A DNA stretch of 63,946 nucleotides, filler included, from Octopus bimaculoides (Eukaryota): assembly GCF_001194135.2 (NCBI RefSeq). It is 8 parts of 8 records of this genome, joined end to end, with 100 filler letters (N's around TTAATTAATTAA, not from the genome) between each part and the next. Parts side by side here need not be neighbours in the genome. Positions count along the whole stretch, not along the records: positions 34,237 to 58,058 come from NC_068987.1; 7 more parts are not named here. One strand, written 5' to 3'. Every line of letters begins with the position of its first letter. The stretch's first letter is position 1. Shown here one piece after another: positions 39,528-51,925 of the stretch. The translations under genes were made by a program, and so were the position numbers. The notes beneath the pieces were generated by a model that did not search any database, was not told the origin of the DNA, and saw only the letters and a list, made by a program, of their open reading frames with translations.

Positions 39528-41576
39528 CAGTAGAACCTCGCAGTGCGAGTGCACTTTTGTACGTGCAATTTGCTATATGACCCGAGGCTCACGCAAATTT
39601 TGGCCTTGAAGTACGAGCGGAAATCCACAGTAAGCGCGAGTTTCATTCAAGCGACCGCTAGTCTGCGCTGAGCTCACACAGGCTCTCCCAACAAGAGCAG
39701 TCTCCGTTCGCTCAGTTCACGTCTTTATCTCGTAGCAGCATCCCTCTTGTGTTTTTGCCAGTGTTTTTGTTGATTTTTGTGCATATTTTATTATTATTGG
39801 TTAATAATCAGTTGTGTTAGCCATGGGTCCTAAGAACGTTAGTGCAAAGGACATTGCTGAAAAGGAGAAAAAGCAGATTACAATAGCATTGAAGAAGGAA
39901 ATCATTACTAAACATGAGATAGGAGTGTGTGTAGAGAGCATAGCACGTCAATACCACCGAAGAACGTCGACGATCTGCATTATCCTGAAGAAAACGGATG
40001 AGATCATGGCCGTTACGACAGCAAAGCGTGTCCCCATGCTCTCTAAGCAACGCACATCTCTCCACGAAAGGATGGGAAAAGTGCTGCTCCACTGCATCAA
40101 CGAGAAGTAACTCGCAGGGGACACGATTACGGAGACCATCTTCTGCGAATAAGTACGAGCGCCGCATGGCGATCTTCTGAAGCCAAACCATGGAATAGCA
40201 ACAGAGAAGACATCAGCAGACGCATTTAAGGCCATTCGCGACTGGTTTTATAATTTCAAGAAGAGGGCTGGTGTTCATAGCACCGTCGGGTATGGAGAAG
40301 TAGCGGGCTCTGACACGATGGAATTTGAAGATTACGTGCGTGAATTCCGTCAGCTGATTGCGGCCGGGGATACATCGCACAACAGGTATTCAGCTGTGAT
40401 GAAACTGGCCTTTTTTGGAAAAAAAAAAAAAAACTGCAGAAGAGAAAAAATGCCTGGCCACAATCCTATATAAGTTAGAACAACTCACGCCCTTTGTGCC
40501 AATGCGAGTGGAAACGTTAAGATTAAGCCGCTACTTGTCCACCATTCCGCAAACCAACGAGCTGAACGCAAGTAATTCACCAAGTAATTCTTCTCCGATT
40601 GGGCCAACCTTGTATTCGGAGCAGTAGTGAAAAAGTATTCTTTGGAGAACAATCTTCCTCTCAAGGCCTTCCTCATCCCCGGCTATGCTCCTAGTCGCCC
40701 TATACACCTCATAGATGTTGTCCTGGACGAATTTAAATTTATAAAAGTTATATACCTTCCACGGAACACCACCCCTATCGTCAAGGCATATAGACCAACA
40801 TGTGATTTCTAATTTTAAGTAATTTAACACCTGTTTTGTCGATGTTTGAAGTCACCGAAAACACAAATCTAAACCTTCGTAAGTTTTGGAAGGAGCACTA
40901 CAACTTTGTAAACAGTTCGAATATCACCGATATGGCCCAGCGGTGTAGCGGAAGACTGTGTGACAAAGTGACAGAAAGTCAGTGTTGGCAAAGTGAGAGT
41001 ATTTTTGTGAGTTTGTAAAAAAATATAACCCAGTGAAAGTAGCTACAATTTGTGCAACTGCTTTATTTAGTAACACTAATCTGGTACATTTTCGTAACAT
41101 TTTTAAAGGCAGGAAAAGCAGGCTTCTCTTGAAATGTTTCTAATGAAACGACCTGCAAATGTAAAAAGTGAAGAAATTGTATTCAAAAAGCTTAAATTAA
41201 GCTAATTCAGAGAGAAAACGCCAGAAATTGTTCTTCATGATGTCTTAATGGAAGGAGATTCTCCTTGTAAACAGTAATCCTACTTCTATCGTGTTCCTCG
41301 AACATAAATAGTCCGATCTTTAAGGTAATTTAGTTAATAAATCCAGTTTACATAATTCTTATGCATTCTCTTTTTTATAACTGTCATTTTATTTGTAAGT
41401 ACACTTTTTTTCTGTTTTAAAACACATAAGAAATTATTTTTGATTGGTTTTATGGGGCTGGAACGGATTAATTATATCTTGATTAATTTCAATGGGGAAA
41501 TGATATGTAAAACAAGTAATTCGTAAAACGAACTCGGTCTTGGAAAGAATTAACCTGATACTGCGTGGCATCATTG
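39528..41576 (+). mobile_element. Tigger/pogo-family DNA transposon, decayed and internally deleted
   Basis: Degenerate TIRs: left CAGTAGAACCTCGCAGTGCGAG at 39528; right (reverse complement) CAATGATGCCACGCAGTATCAG ending 41576 and followed by TA. Encloses a transposase remnant. Confidence 0.8.
39823..41277 (+). pseudogene. Tigger-like (HTH_psq/CENP-B HTH plus DDE_1) transposase pseudogene
   Basis: MGPKNVSAKD..KKQITIALKKEII.KHE.GV....IARQY HTH region; FKAIRDWFYNFKKR; QVFSCDETGLFWKK; CANASGNVKIKPLLV; PRNTT; C-terminus EIVLHDVLMEGDSPCKQ*. Several stops, frameshifts and deletions. Confidence 0.85.
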
Positions 41577-42712
41577 TACTATGCTTTATAGGTAATAATA
41601 TAATATATAACAAGATATAGACAATAAAATTACTTAAATCAAAGACACAAGGACGTAATGTTATATCGAAGTTGTCGCAATGCAGATCAACATCAGCACA
41701 TAATTGCTTGATATAATATCGATTGATCCAGGATGATCAAAATCCAGTTGTCACTGGCAAGGTTTCAATTCGTACAGAAAAGAGCTGCAACTAAATAGAG
41801 ATATAGTCTTTATCGCATGTTCTTCCGATTTAGCCAGTCATCACCCTTTGCATTCTAAGCTTAGCATGTCATGTAATTTTAGCCAAATATTTTATCTCGA
41901 TTAAACTACTACAGATAGATGCCAAATTTTATCTCTCAAATGAAATCTCATTAATTTAAGAAGTGATACAACACCTTAATATTGGATAACGTGATATCGG
42001 TTGTAAAATTCCAGCAAAAATACAGTATTGGCATAGTTTGATTGTCTTTCATAACCGGAGGACACATTTACAGCATCATGGAGCTTCACAAGAAAAAAAA
42101 AATGCGAAATATTTACCCGAAGCAATGATTATTATAGCAGGTTAATGTTATCCATTCTATATATATATCAGATAAACTGTTATAGCATCAGGAGAGTAGG
42201 AATTAGAATATTAGTTACGTGCATATGAATCCAAGGTTAAATTGTATATTAACCTTAGTATCATTTGATGCAAATGCTATTTCAACTGGCTCTCCCATTG
42301 TTAGACATATTGGTGAATTAGAGGACTCATTCAAGACAAACGCTATCAAACATGTTGGTGCCAATCATTTGTCAATAAAAGAAACATCATCACATGATAT
42401 CTAGTAGAGGTCGTTTGTAACCAAAACAATATGTCTACTTTACTTGTTTTAAGAGATTACCGTTCAATAACATTAAGACGGCACTCACTTCAAAAGTCAT
42501 GTATATGTGCAGATAAATAAACATGATGTCATAGGCTTCAAAATATGAACTGTGATCCGGTATTCGATAAAAAAAATAGTTATATGTAATAGTATTTGGT
42601 CAAAAGATGAATGTTCTCTAATCTTCTTTTAAGAGTAATATATTACGTATCACTTAAGACTCAGAGATTCATAATCATGTATGTGACAATTTCATAAAAA
42701 TATACATCGATC

Positions 42713-43612
42713 TCAACAATACACCAGCACAATATACCAACGGTACGCCAGTTCTCCTCTAGGGGTAGTATCGACGAACATGGCACTCTGGTATGTGTGG
42801 CTATCATACCATGAGTTGACCTTCCCTGTTTTCTTCTTAGTCCTTTCAATGGTGTTCCATGACTTGCTCCTATAGAGTGGGCAAATCCCATTTCTATCGT
42901 TACGTATGATAGTTTCAAATTTCCTCATGGCTCCTTTGTATTCTCTAATCCTTTCTTTATGGATGTAACCTGAGAACTGCATGCGGTGAACGAAATGTTG
43001 TATTTGTCTCTGTAACCATGCAGGGTCGCACATGCGGGACACATTTCGCATTACTCTGACGAGGTTTGCTATCAATATATTGAATTTAGCATCGTCCGCG
43101 ATAGCAGAGTTCCGGTGGATCAGGTATTTGAAGGCCATAGTTTTGGCATAGTGTGAATGAAGTATTCGAGTTTTATTATTCTCATTTTCCAGTTCTGTAT
43201 CTAGTACTGGTAGTCTATGATTAGGGTGTTTAGTAGAGTAGTCTATCGTGACCTTAATACTCTGGTGGATGGAGTTAGCTATTTGCTGGATGCTCTCCAT
43301 AGTATTAGTTTCTATTTCTATTTCAAGAGTAATCACTTGTTGGGGTGCATTTACCACTACGTTGATATCATCGACATAGCGAGAGTACATATTCACGAGT
43401 ATGGAGTTCTGTGTCAGGCATTCCTTTAGCCCTCTGTCTCAGGCATTCCTTAAGCCCATCATACCATGAAGATTTTGGGCATATCACCGGCGATACTAAC
43501 GCCAATGGCTTCCCCTTCGTCCTGGGCGTATATTTTGTTGTTAAACTTAAACGTGTAGCCTTTTAGGGTAACACTTATGCGAGCTCCTAGTGCATATGCG
43601 ATCATTTTCTTT
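42713..43612 (-). mobile_element. Penelope-like element reverse transcriptase fragment
   Basis: KKMIAYAL..YTFKFNNKIYAQDEGEAIGVSIAG.M..IFMV*W, then YSRYVDDIN, RLPVLDTEL, HYAK.MA..LIHRNSAI..K.NIL..NLVRVMRNVS, RMQFSGY. Similarity stops after MFVDTTPRGELA; no GIY-YIG domain seen. Confidence 0.8.
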
Positions 43613-43623
43613 ATATGATGAAC

Positions 43624-43682
<59 letters not shown>

Positions 43683-44489
43683 CAAAAGTGCTTTTGAAAT
43701 ATTTTAAAATTATTTTATCATTGTCTTCATTATAATTTTAAAATGCTGCTCTGAAAAGCCTCGATGCCAAATGCCAGCATGTTCAAATGTTTAATAATTT
43801 CAGAGGGAGTGTAGAAAAATTCTGGATCTTTCTGCCGTGAAAAGTATGTGAAGTTTTGGACTGCAGACTTGGTATTTTGAGGAAAATGTAAGATGTTAGA
43901 TATGAGAGATAAAGATACTGTGAGGTACAGCAATTATTTCCACTATCTCCACACAGTTGTCATTCAGCTTCCAAAATGTTTTGAAATCTCCCAATATCCA
44001 ATATGTTTTTGAAATGTTCTACATCATGCGGGAAACATTTCCTCAGAAAGAGATACATAGTGGGAGTTGTTTTTATCAGAAACCTCTTTTCTGGAGTTTT
44101 GGCAATGATGTACTCATCCAGACCTTCACTCGTTGTCAAAATTTTTACTTGTTTTTTGTCTACAATTTCCATTAATTCCCTGTTCTTCTTCTATAAAACT
44201 GTGTACTTCAGAGCTCATCCGAGCGCTGTTGTTCTGCAGGTTCCGTCTCTTGTAGTTGATGTGATTGTTGCCGTTTTGGTTTTTTTTCTTTTTCTTTTGG
44301 CTTCCCTTGTTGCGGATCTTGTAGTGTCTCTCGCTGTTGGTGTGAAACAATAAATAATGATTTCATCTATTTACACAAGGGTGAAGTGTGAGGAGGGCAA
44401 TACAGAAGCTGACATAAATCATGAAATGATAAAAAATTAAGTATACACGGTATATACTGAAAAAGAACGGACATATGCATAGCATATAA

Positions 44490-45472
44490 ACATAAAGAAA
44501 AAGTGGCGGAGAGAATGATAGAGATATGGCAATCTTGATACACCTCTAGGGATAATCAAGGAAACCCACTGTCCGAGATTTTCCTGCTTATGAATTTCGA
44601 TCAAGAACAACAAACGAGAGAGAAGAAACTCTACTCTGTATGGAATTATATGGTCAGTTCCACCGTGAAACTAACAGATGAAAAGACCAGGAAGCATCAT
44701 GGAGGTAGCTCAACAAGGGTGAGCTAAAATAGAATAATGGAAACCTAACCATCGTGGCCCAGGACCAGGCATTGAATACCAAGAATATATACAACACACG
44801 TGCATCGAACTTCTGCAGAATGTGTGGGAAGAGGGTCGAAAGCGTGACTCACATTGTTAGTGCTTGTGAAAGTCCTGCGCAGAAGGCGAAAACGCGTAGA
44901 CACGACAAAGTAGTCCAAAACCTCCACTGGCTACTAAGCCCTAACTATCGATATGAGGTTACGGGTGCTTGGTATCAACATACACCCGAAGAGGTAATGC
45001 AGAAAAGGGGGAAGGCAAAAATCTTCTGGGAATTCGATTTCCAGACAGACAAAGAGTTAGAGCACCAAAGGCCGGATATAGTAACCTTTAGGAAGGACAA
45101 ACAAGAGCGCCTAATACTCGACGTGCAAAATCAACACATCATGAAAGAAAGGGAAAAATTGATAATTATGGAGACCTGAGAATTTGGATCGCTAAGCTGT
45201 GGTAGCTACGAGAGTGGAACATAAATGTTATCCCTATTATCATCGGGGCATTGGGTTCAATACTACCCAATCTGAAAAAACATCTGAAAACCTTATAAAT
45301 ACCTTACAATCTAGATGTGTTGCGAAACTCGGCATTGCTTGGAACTGCACGCATATTGCGTAAAGTACTGCCTGTCTGAGGTCCTAGTTGTGACTTAACA
45401 AATAGTACAAACCTCTGGTAGATCCAATATCTTCAATCAACCACCTTATGATATTGTATACTGTGCGACGTC
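44490..45472 (+). mobile_element. R4/Dong-clade LINE 3' fragment with CCHC motif and restriction-like endonuclease
   Basis: AQDQALNTK..CRMCGKRVESVTHIVSAC..RRHDKVVQNLHW..WYQHTPEEV..KIFWEFDFQTDKELEHQRPDIV..LILDV; IPIIIGALGSI; NSALLGTARILRKVL. Followed by (TAA)n. Confidence 0.85.
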
Positions 45473-45525
<53 letters not shown>

Positions 45526-45527
45526 TA
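45473..45527. repeat. (TAA)n at the Dong 3' end
   Basis: Seen directly. Confidence 0.95.
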
Positions 45528-45697
45528 ATTTTTTTTTAAATACAAATTTAACTGTGAATTTGCGTGTGTAAACTGGGAATGCATTCAATGAGCTTCTCTG
45601 CCTTAGGTGTACGGAAAACACTCGCCAAGAAATGAAAGAAAATCTGAAGAAAGAAGAAAAATAAAAACAACATAATAACGATAATGATAAGAATAAA

Positions 45698-45870
45698 GGT
45701 GGCGAGCTGGTTGAAATGCTTAGCGATATTTCGTCTGCTGTTACGTACTGAGTTCATATTCCGCCGAGGTCAACTTTGCCTTTCATCCTTTCGGGGTCGA
45801 TGAAATAAGAACCAGACACGCACTGGGGTCGATGTAATCGACTTAATCCCTTTGTCTGTCCTTGTTTGTT
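45698..45870 (+). mobile_element. SINE family B
   Basis: ggtggcgagctgg..ccgccgaggtcaactttgcctttcatcctttcggggtcgat. Confidence 0.85.
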
Positions 45871-45884
45871 TGCTCTTGTTGTTC

Positions 45885-46084
45885 ACCAGAAGAGCAGCAA
45901 GTTTTGGGGAGGCGATGTGTTGATTGTTTCGACCCACTGTTTAATTGATACTTATTTTATCGACCCCCAAATGATGAAAAGCAAAGTCGACCTCAGCGGA
46001 ATTTGAACTCAGAGCCTTGCGACAGGTAAAATGCTGCTAAGTATTTCGTCTGGCGCACTAACGATCCTGCCAGCTCACCGCCTT
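45885..46084 (-). mobile_element. SINE family B
   Basis: gcaaagtcgacctcagcggaatttgaactcag..ctgccagctcaccgcctt. Confidence 0.8.
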
Positions 46085-46169
46085 GTCAATAATAATAATG
46101 ATTATTATTGTCATTATTATTATTATCATTATTATTACTACTACTATTATCATCATCATCATCATTATA

Positions 46170-46382
46170 TCTACTCTAGGCACATGGCCTTGAAAATTTG
46201 GTGGGAAGGGGGCCAGTCGATCAGTTACGCACTGGTGCGTAACTGGTATTTATTTCCCCGACTTCGAAAGGATGAATGGCTAAGTCGACCTCGGCGGAAT
46301 TTAATCTCAGACCGTAGCGATGCTCGAAATATCTCTCAGCATTTTGTCCAGCCTGCTAACACTTCTGCCGCTCGCTGCCTTT
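46170..46382 (-). mobile_element. SINE family B
   Basis: cgaaaggatgaatggctaagtcgacctcggcggaattt..gctcgctgcctt. Confidence 0.75.
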
Positions 46383-46439
46383 TTAATAATAATAATAACA
46401 ATGACGGTGATGGCGATGATGGGATTTTGCTTGACATGG

Positions 46440-48170
46440 GAAATGAGTCAAGGCTATCGAATATACGTATTACAGATGAAAATTTAAAAAGAGAATGATA
46501 CATGAAATAGATAAATTGGAAATGTCTTCGAGACGCTGCTTCTTACTGACTCTGGTTTTAAAAGCATATTGCACTAATTCTTAGTGTCTGCATAGAAAGT
46601 TATTACTAGCATATATAACGAAAACATGAATAGTGTTAATACATATACATGAGAGAGTTGAAGTCAATAATTATAAGCCTGTTACAAACTTATTATTGAT
46701 CAGGAAATTAATAACTGATCACATTGCATCTAAACCTATGTCTTTTGGGGTCATAACTTATTAACGGAAGAAGAAAAGTGCTACAGAGTGATATCAATGG
46801 TACTGTTGATTTATTGCATACCTATCGAATGATACTTCGCAAAATCCAAATAAGAATGAACTGAAATGTTCTTTGAATAGATTATAAAAAAGCATATGAG
46901 AATGCACCATATTGTCATATTTCGGAGTGCCTAGAAACATTCGATATCCATAAGATGCTATATCAGAATTTAGAAAAAATCGATACGGTCATGGGAGAAA
47001 GAAATATTTGATGGAAGTAATCATTAGGGAATATGAAAAACCGGGGAGACTCACACTTTTATTTGAGGAGACTCATGCCTTTTAGGGACACTCACTCTTT
47101 TCATTATTTTCTTCATTGTATCTATTTATTTGACAACATACCGAAAAAATTCAGGTCTACTTGATAAGAACATGAAAATTACGAATCATTTCCTATAGAG
47201 CGATAAACTCAAATTATTCACTGGAAATGAAAATAGAACTGCTTCTTATAGTTTTTTTTTTATAGCAAGGATATTTGGTAACAATAATGGAATATAGTTT
47301 GCTTTTAATATGAATATAAGTGCAGTATTAACCATGAATAACATTGCATTGGATCAGACAAATTTGCCATAATTTGATGTCATTTAGTTTCTGAAAGAAA
47401 ATGTTGGCTGCAAATATAGTGTGGTACATCTTAAATGCGTATACGGTCACAAAAGCAGTCAGTATTTGGGCTATGTCAATGTTGAAAAAAGTTTATTTTT
47501 TATTTCATAACTACAAAGGCGGAGTCACATAAATGGGAAAGCAGAAGGAAGATACTAACAATGTATGATGCACAACACTCTAAACTAACTATCGATAGGT
47601 TTTATTTACCGAGGGACGAGGAAGACAGCCATTTGTTAAATGCAGAACAAGTGCTGTAATTTTGGCTTTCGTATGTTGTGCTTATTGCAGTTAATGTAAA
47701 TTCACTGACACAATGGAAGATGTCATGATCCGAATGAAGAATGCACTAAACAAAGAGCTAGCAGCATATAACAAGGTGAATGTGACGGAAACAATGAACG
47801 TTGGTTGTTACTGAAAAACGGAATTTTGAGATGAGAAACGGATCCACTAATTATTTCATCTCTAACCGAATACCTTGAAAACGTACAGGTAAATATCAAA
47901 CATCAAAGTGATTAGAAATGATTACAAAATCTCACATGATTGTGTCGGTAACAGTGTGCACTGGGATGTTATCCAAATCATTGCATTCCAAATGACGGAA
48001 ACGTGTTATGGACATAAGCCAGGGATTGCCATAAGGATTGATTATTAAAGAATTGTGTGGGATTAATTCTTAGAAGCTGATCATGCCCTCTCAGCTAGAA
48101 AACCAGATATAGTTTAGGAGAGAGTATGGACAGACAGTGCAAAATTATTGATGCAAACGTTCTTTTATTT
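46440..48170 (+). mobile_element. Highly decayed R4/Dong LINE (RT through RLE)
   Basis: Interrupted motifs in the expected order: ITDENLK..NWK, ISECLETFDI, GDS/LS..LF, NHFL*SDKLKLF, KILTMYDAQHSKLTIDRFYLPR, NSVHWDV, YGHKP, ADHALSARKPDIV, CKIIDA. Confidence 0.6.
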
Positions 48171-48419
48171 TTTCTCAGTTTGCATTAAGGGAAGGCTTGC
48201 TTTAACACATCAGTTGCATGAGAGGACTACACTCCGCTACTGCTGTTGCCGCTATTATTGTGGCTATTTTTTATGATTGCTTACTGGAGTAGCTGGTGTA
48301 TTTTCATACTTTGATTATTTACTAAAATGTCTCAATATTTACTCTCGTGCATGCAATTGTGTTTTGGTTATGTGTTACTTTGTTTACCATTGCAGTTTCT
48401 TTTTTGATTGTTGGGGGCT

Positions 48420-48565
48420 TTTCGGCTAAAGAACACGATAGAATAAGTACTATACTTTAAAGAAATAAGAACTGGAGTCTATCTGTTCGAATAAAGCAAT
48501 CCTTCAAGGAGGTGCTCCGGTATGGCCGTAGTCAAATGACTGAAACGAGTCCAATAAAAGGTAGA
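48420..48565 (+). mobile_element. SINE family A, 3' fragment
   Basis: ttcggctaaag..gatagaataagtact..gtcaaatgactgaaacgagtccaataaaag. Confidence 0.7.
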
Positions 48566-48667
48566 ATGCAAAATAAGCTTTCTGTTGTTTACTTGTAGCT
48601 TAGTTATGTTAGGGGGTCATTGCCGATGTCAAAATTTAATATGTGTCAAATATATTTACAGCTTATC

Positions 48668-49088
48668 AGACGTGTCTGTGTGATAAGAAGCTTCCTTCCC
48701 AATTACATAGTTCCGGGATCAGTCCCACTGCGTTACACCTTAGTTAAATGTCTTCTACTCAAGCGTCGGGGCGACCAAAGCCTTGTGAGTTGATTTTGTC
48801 GACGGAAACTGAAAGAAGCCTGTTGTATAAATATATATGTATCTGAGTGTGTGTGTGTCTTTGTGTCTTTGTTTGTTCCCCTCCCATGACCGCTTAATAG
48901 CTGGTGTTCATATGTTTACGTCCCCGTAACTTAGCGGTTCGGCTAAAGGACGATAGAATAAGTACTAGGCTTTAACAAAAGTACTGGAGTCTAATTTTTC
49001 GACTAAAACAATCCTTCAAAGCGATGCTCCAGTATGGCCGTAGGCGAATGACTGAAACGAGTCCAATAAAAGATAAAAGATAAAATAA
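48668..49088 (+). mobile_element. SINE family A, full length
   Basis: Head, body, short internal TA/TG block and (AAAGAT)n tail. Confidence 0.8.
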
Positions 49089-49249
49089 GTTTTCTATGCT
49101 TTACTTGGGAGACGGCGGCGATAATATTTGTTTATACGAGTGCTCCAATGACAATTTCCTTTCGTAATCTTTGAACAGATCGGGTTTCGAATAAAGATGC
49201 AACGACACAGAACGTAATAATTCTTTCTAATTTTGTTTCAATGCCAATA

Positions 49250-49453
49250 GTTCACAAGTTAGTGATATATTGATTACATCGGCACCATCACATACCATGT
49301 TGTTTACTTTATCGACCCCGAAAGAATGAAAGGCAAAGTTGGCCGCGCTGTATTTTGACATCGGGACCTAATGAGTCGAAAGAAAAACTCCTAGCTTTCT
49401 TACCTTTCTTTTTCTGTCCGATGCTCTAAAGATTCTTCCAGTTTACTGCCTTA
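49250..49453 (-). mobile_element. SINE family B, diverged
   Basis: ttatcgaccccgaaagaatgaaaggcaaagtt. Confidence 0.6.
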
Positions 49454-50624
49454 ACAAAATGCATAAAAGTAATAACGATATATTTCTCATAGATTTTAGT
49501 AGCCAGAGCGACCAATCATTGGGCTCAATTTCTTTTCATTGGCAGTATAATATCTTCATCTCCATTTCCAATTCGCCATTACATGTATCACTAATATGCT
49601 AATTAAGCCATCAGTAGATTTAATCAGATATGCTGCAGAGACGTATATGGACTTTTTAGTTTTTCCTCAGATGCAATGATAAAACATTTAATAAAATATA
49701 AATGTCTTTTCAATACATTAACCATTTTCCGGAGGAGAACTTCGAGTTAAGTGATCCATTTTTATCTCGGAATGATGCACATTTTTTTCTATTTTATACT
49801 TTTTTAAGAATATATTTACTCATATTTACAGCTCTGTTCTTTTCCTATCACAATTTACTTTGATGTCTTTTCAGTAGCTATCTTTGTTATCAGCTTCATA
49901 AATGTCATCCAAGTCTCGTACACTTCCTGAGTTGAAACGACATGTAAATTCATGTCGCTTAATTATCATTTCTGTTTCCTGAACACATCTAACTCAACTC
50001 AAAATAGAGATCTTTTAACTAGTTTAAAATTAAACATATACAAAGATATCTGGATTATGCATCACAGCAAAATATGAGACGATCATAGCAAATGTACAAC
50101 AATCTCTGTTAAAGGGTTACACCAGAGTAAGATGATTGAAACTTGTAGCCACGAGCATCTTGTCTAAATTGAAGTTGAAATATTATGCCATTCCTTATTT
50201 CGAAGTTTCTTTTTTAATTCCTTTATTTATTCTCTCTAATTGCCAGTTTATGTACATGTCGTGATTGGAGAAAATAACGGGAATCTTTGTCTCTCCGTTA
50301 CCGTTGTTTTGTGATTGGTACAGAACTCGGAACAAATACATGAGATCAAAATTTTTATCTCATTCAATGCAAGCTTTATGTCACGCAGCTCATCTAGGTG
50401 TCACTAAGTCCACAGTCAGCTTGTGTCGAATGAAGGCGGGCAATTCCTTCAGTGGCAAGCTAAATAATGATCTACTTCATATTCGAGACAAATACTTTAT
50501 ATACGACACGAATATGCAACTTTTGCCTAAATTATGTTCCTCTATTAATAAACGTCCATTAAATGGAATGTCCCGCTGTATCGATTTTGTGAACAGTATT
50601 CTTGTATTATTTTCTTCTTTTAAT

Positions 50625-50930
50625 TGTTTTAGTTATTTCACTACGGCGATGCTAGAACACCGCCTTTAGTCGAACAAATCGACCCCAGGACTTATTCTTT
50701 GTAAGCCGAGTACTTATTCTCGGTCACTTTTGCCAAACTGCTAATTTACACTGACGTGAACACACCAGAATCAGTTGTCAAGCGATGGTGGGCCGACAGG
50801 AACAAACACAAATACACAGACACACACACATGCACATACAGACACACACACATACACATACAGACACACACACACACACACAAACATACGACGGTTTTCT
50901 TTCAGTTTCTGCCTACTAAATCCGGCTTCA
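50625..50930 (-). mobile_element. SINE family A, 3' two-thirds
   Basis: cgcctttagtcgaacaaatcgaccccaggacttattctttgtaagcc. Confidence 0.8.
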
Positions 50931-50949
50931 GCTCCACTGGGAGGCCCAT

Positions 50950-51270
50950 GGGGCAATTGCCTTCTACTATAGCCTCGGGCCGACTAAATCACTGTGAATG
51001 AATTTCGTAGACAGAAACTGAAAGAAGCTTGTCGTGTATACATATATGTGTGTATGTGTGTGTGTGTGTTTGTATGTCTGTGTTTGTCCCACCAGTATCG
51101 CATGACAACTGATGTTGCTGTGTTTACGTCCCCGTAACGAAGCGGTTCGGCCTAAGTGACGATAGAATAAGTACTAGGTTTATAAAGAATAAATCGTGGG
51201 GTCGATTTGTTCCACTAAATGTGGTGCTCCAGCATTGCCGCGATCAAATGACTGAAGCAAGTATAATAAT
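50950..51270 (+). mobile_element. SINE family A, 5'-truncated
   Basis: ttctactatagcctcgggccgac..gtttacgtccccgtaac..gatcaaatgactgaagcaag. Confidence 0.8.
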
Positions 51271-51284
51271 CCAAGAATACTCTT

Positions 51285-51558
51285 TTATTCTTTTATTTGA
51301 GTCATTTGACTGCAGCCATTCTAGGACACTGCTTTTAATCGAAGAAGTCGACCCCAGGACTTAATCTTTTTAAGCTTAGTATTTATTCTATCGGCCGGTT
51401 TTTGCCCAACCGGTAAGTTACAGAGACGTAAACAAAACAACATCGGTTGTCAAGCGGTGGTAGGGGTGCAAAAACAGGCACACATGCACACACACTCAGA
51501 CATACACACATACATACATACACGCACACACACGCACGCACACACACACATACACACG

Positions 51559-51596
<38 letters not shown>

Positions 51597-51925
51597 CGAC
51601 GGATTTCTTTCAGTTTCTGCCTGCCTACCAAATACGATCAAAAGGCTTTAGTCGACCCCTGGCTATAGTAGGACACTTTCCCAAGTTCCACGCATTGAGA
51701 CCGAACCTGAAACCACGTGGTTTGTAAGCAACCTACTTACCACACAGCCACTCTTGCTGCTTATACGACGGGTTTCTTTCAGTTTCTGCATACCAAATCC
51801 AATCAAAAGGCTTTGGTCGGCCACTGGCTATAGTAGGGCACTTGCCCAAGTTCCACGCATTGAGACTGAACCCGGAACCATGTGGTTGGTAACCAACCTA
51901 CTTACCACACAGCCACTCTTGCGGC
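51285..51925 (-). mobile_element. SINE family A with a tandemly duplicated 5' half
   Basis: Full copy at 51285-51760 plus a second 5' half at 51761-51925 sharing private variants. Confidence 0.8.

Noticed and set aside
42219-42404. 61-aa ORF as a host exon
   Set aside because: No recognisable homology and weak splice signals.
50265-50669. 134-aa ORF
   Set aside because: Non-ATG start, no recognisable domain, and it runs into a SINE.
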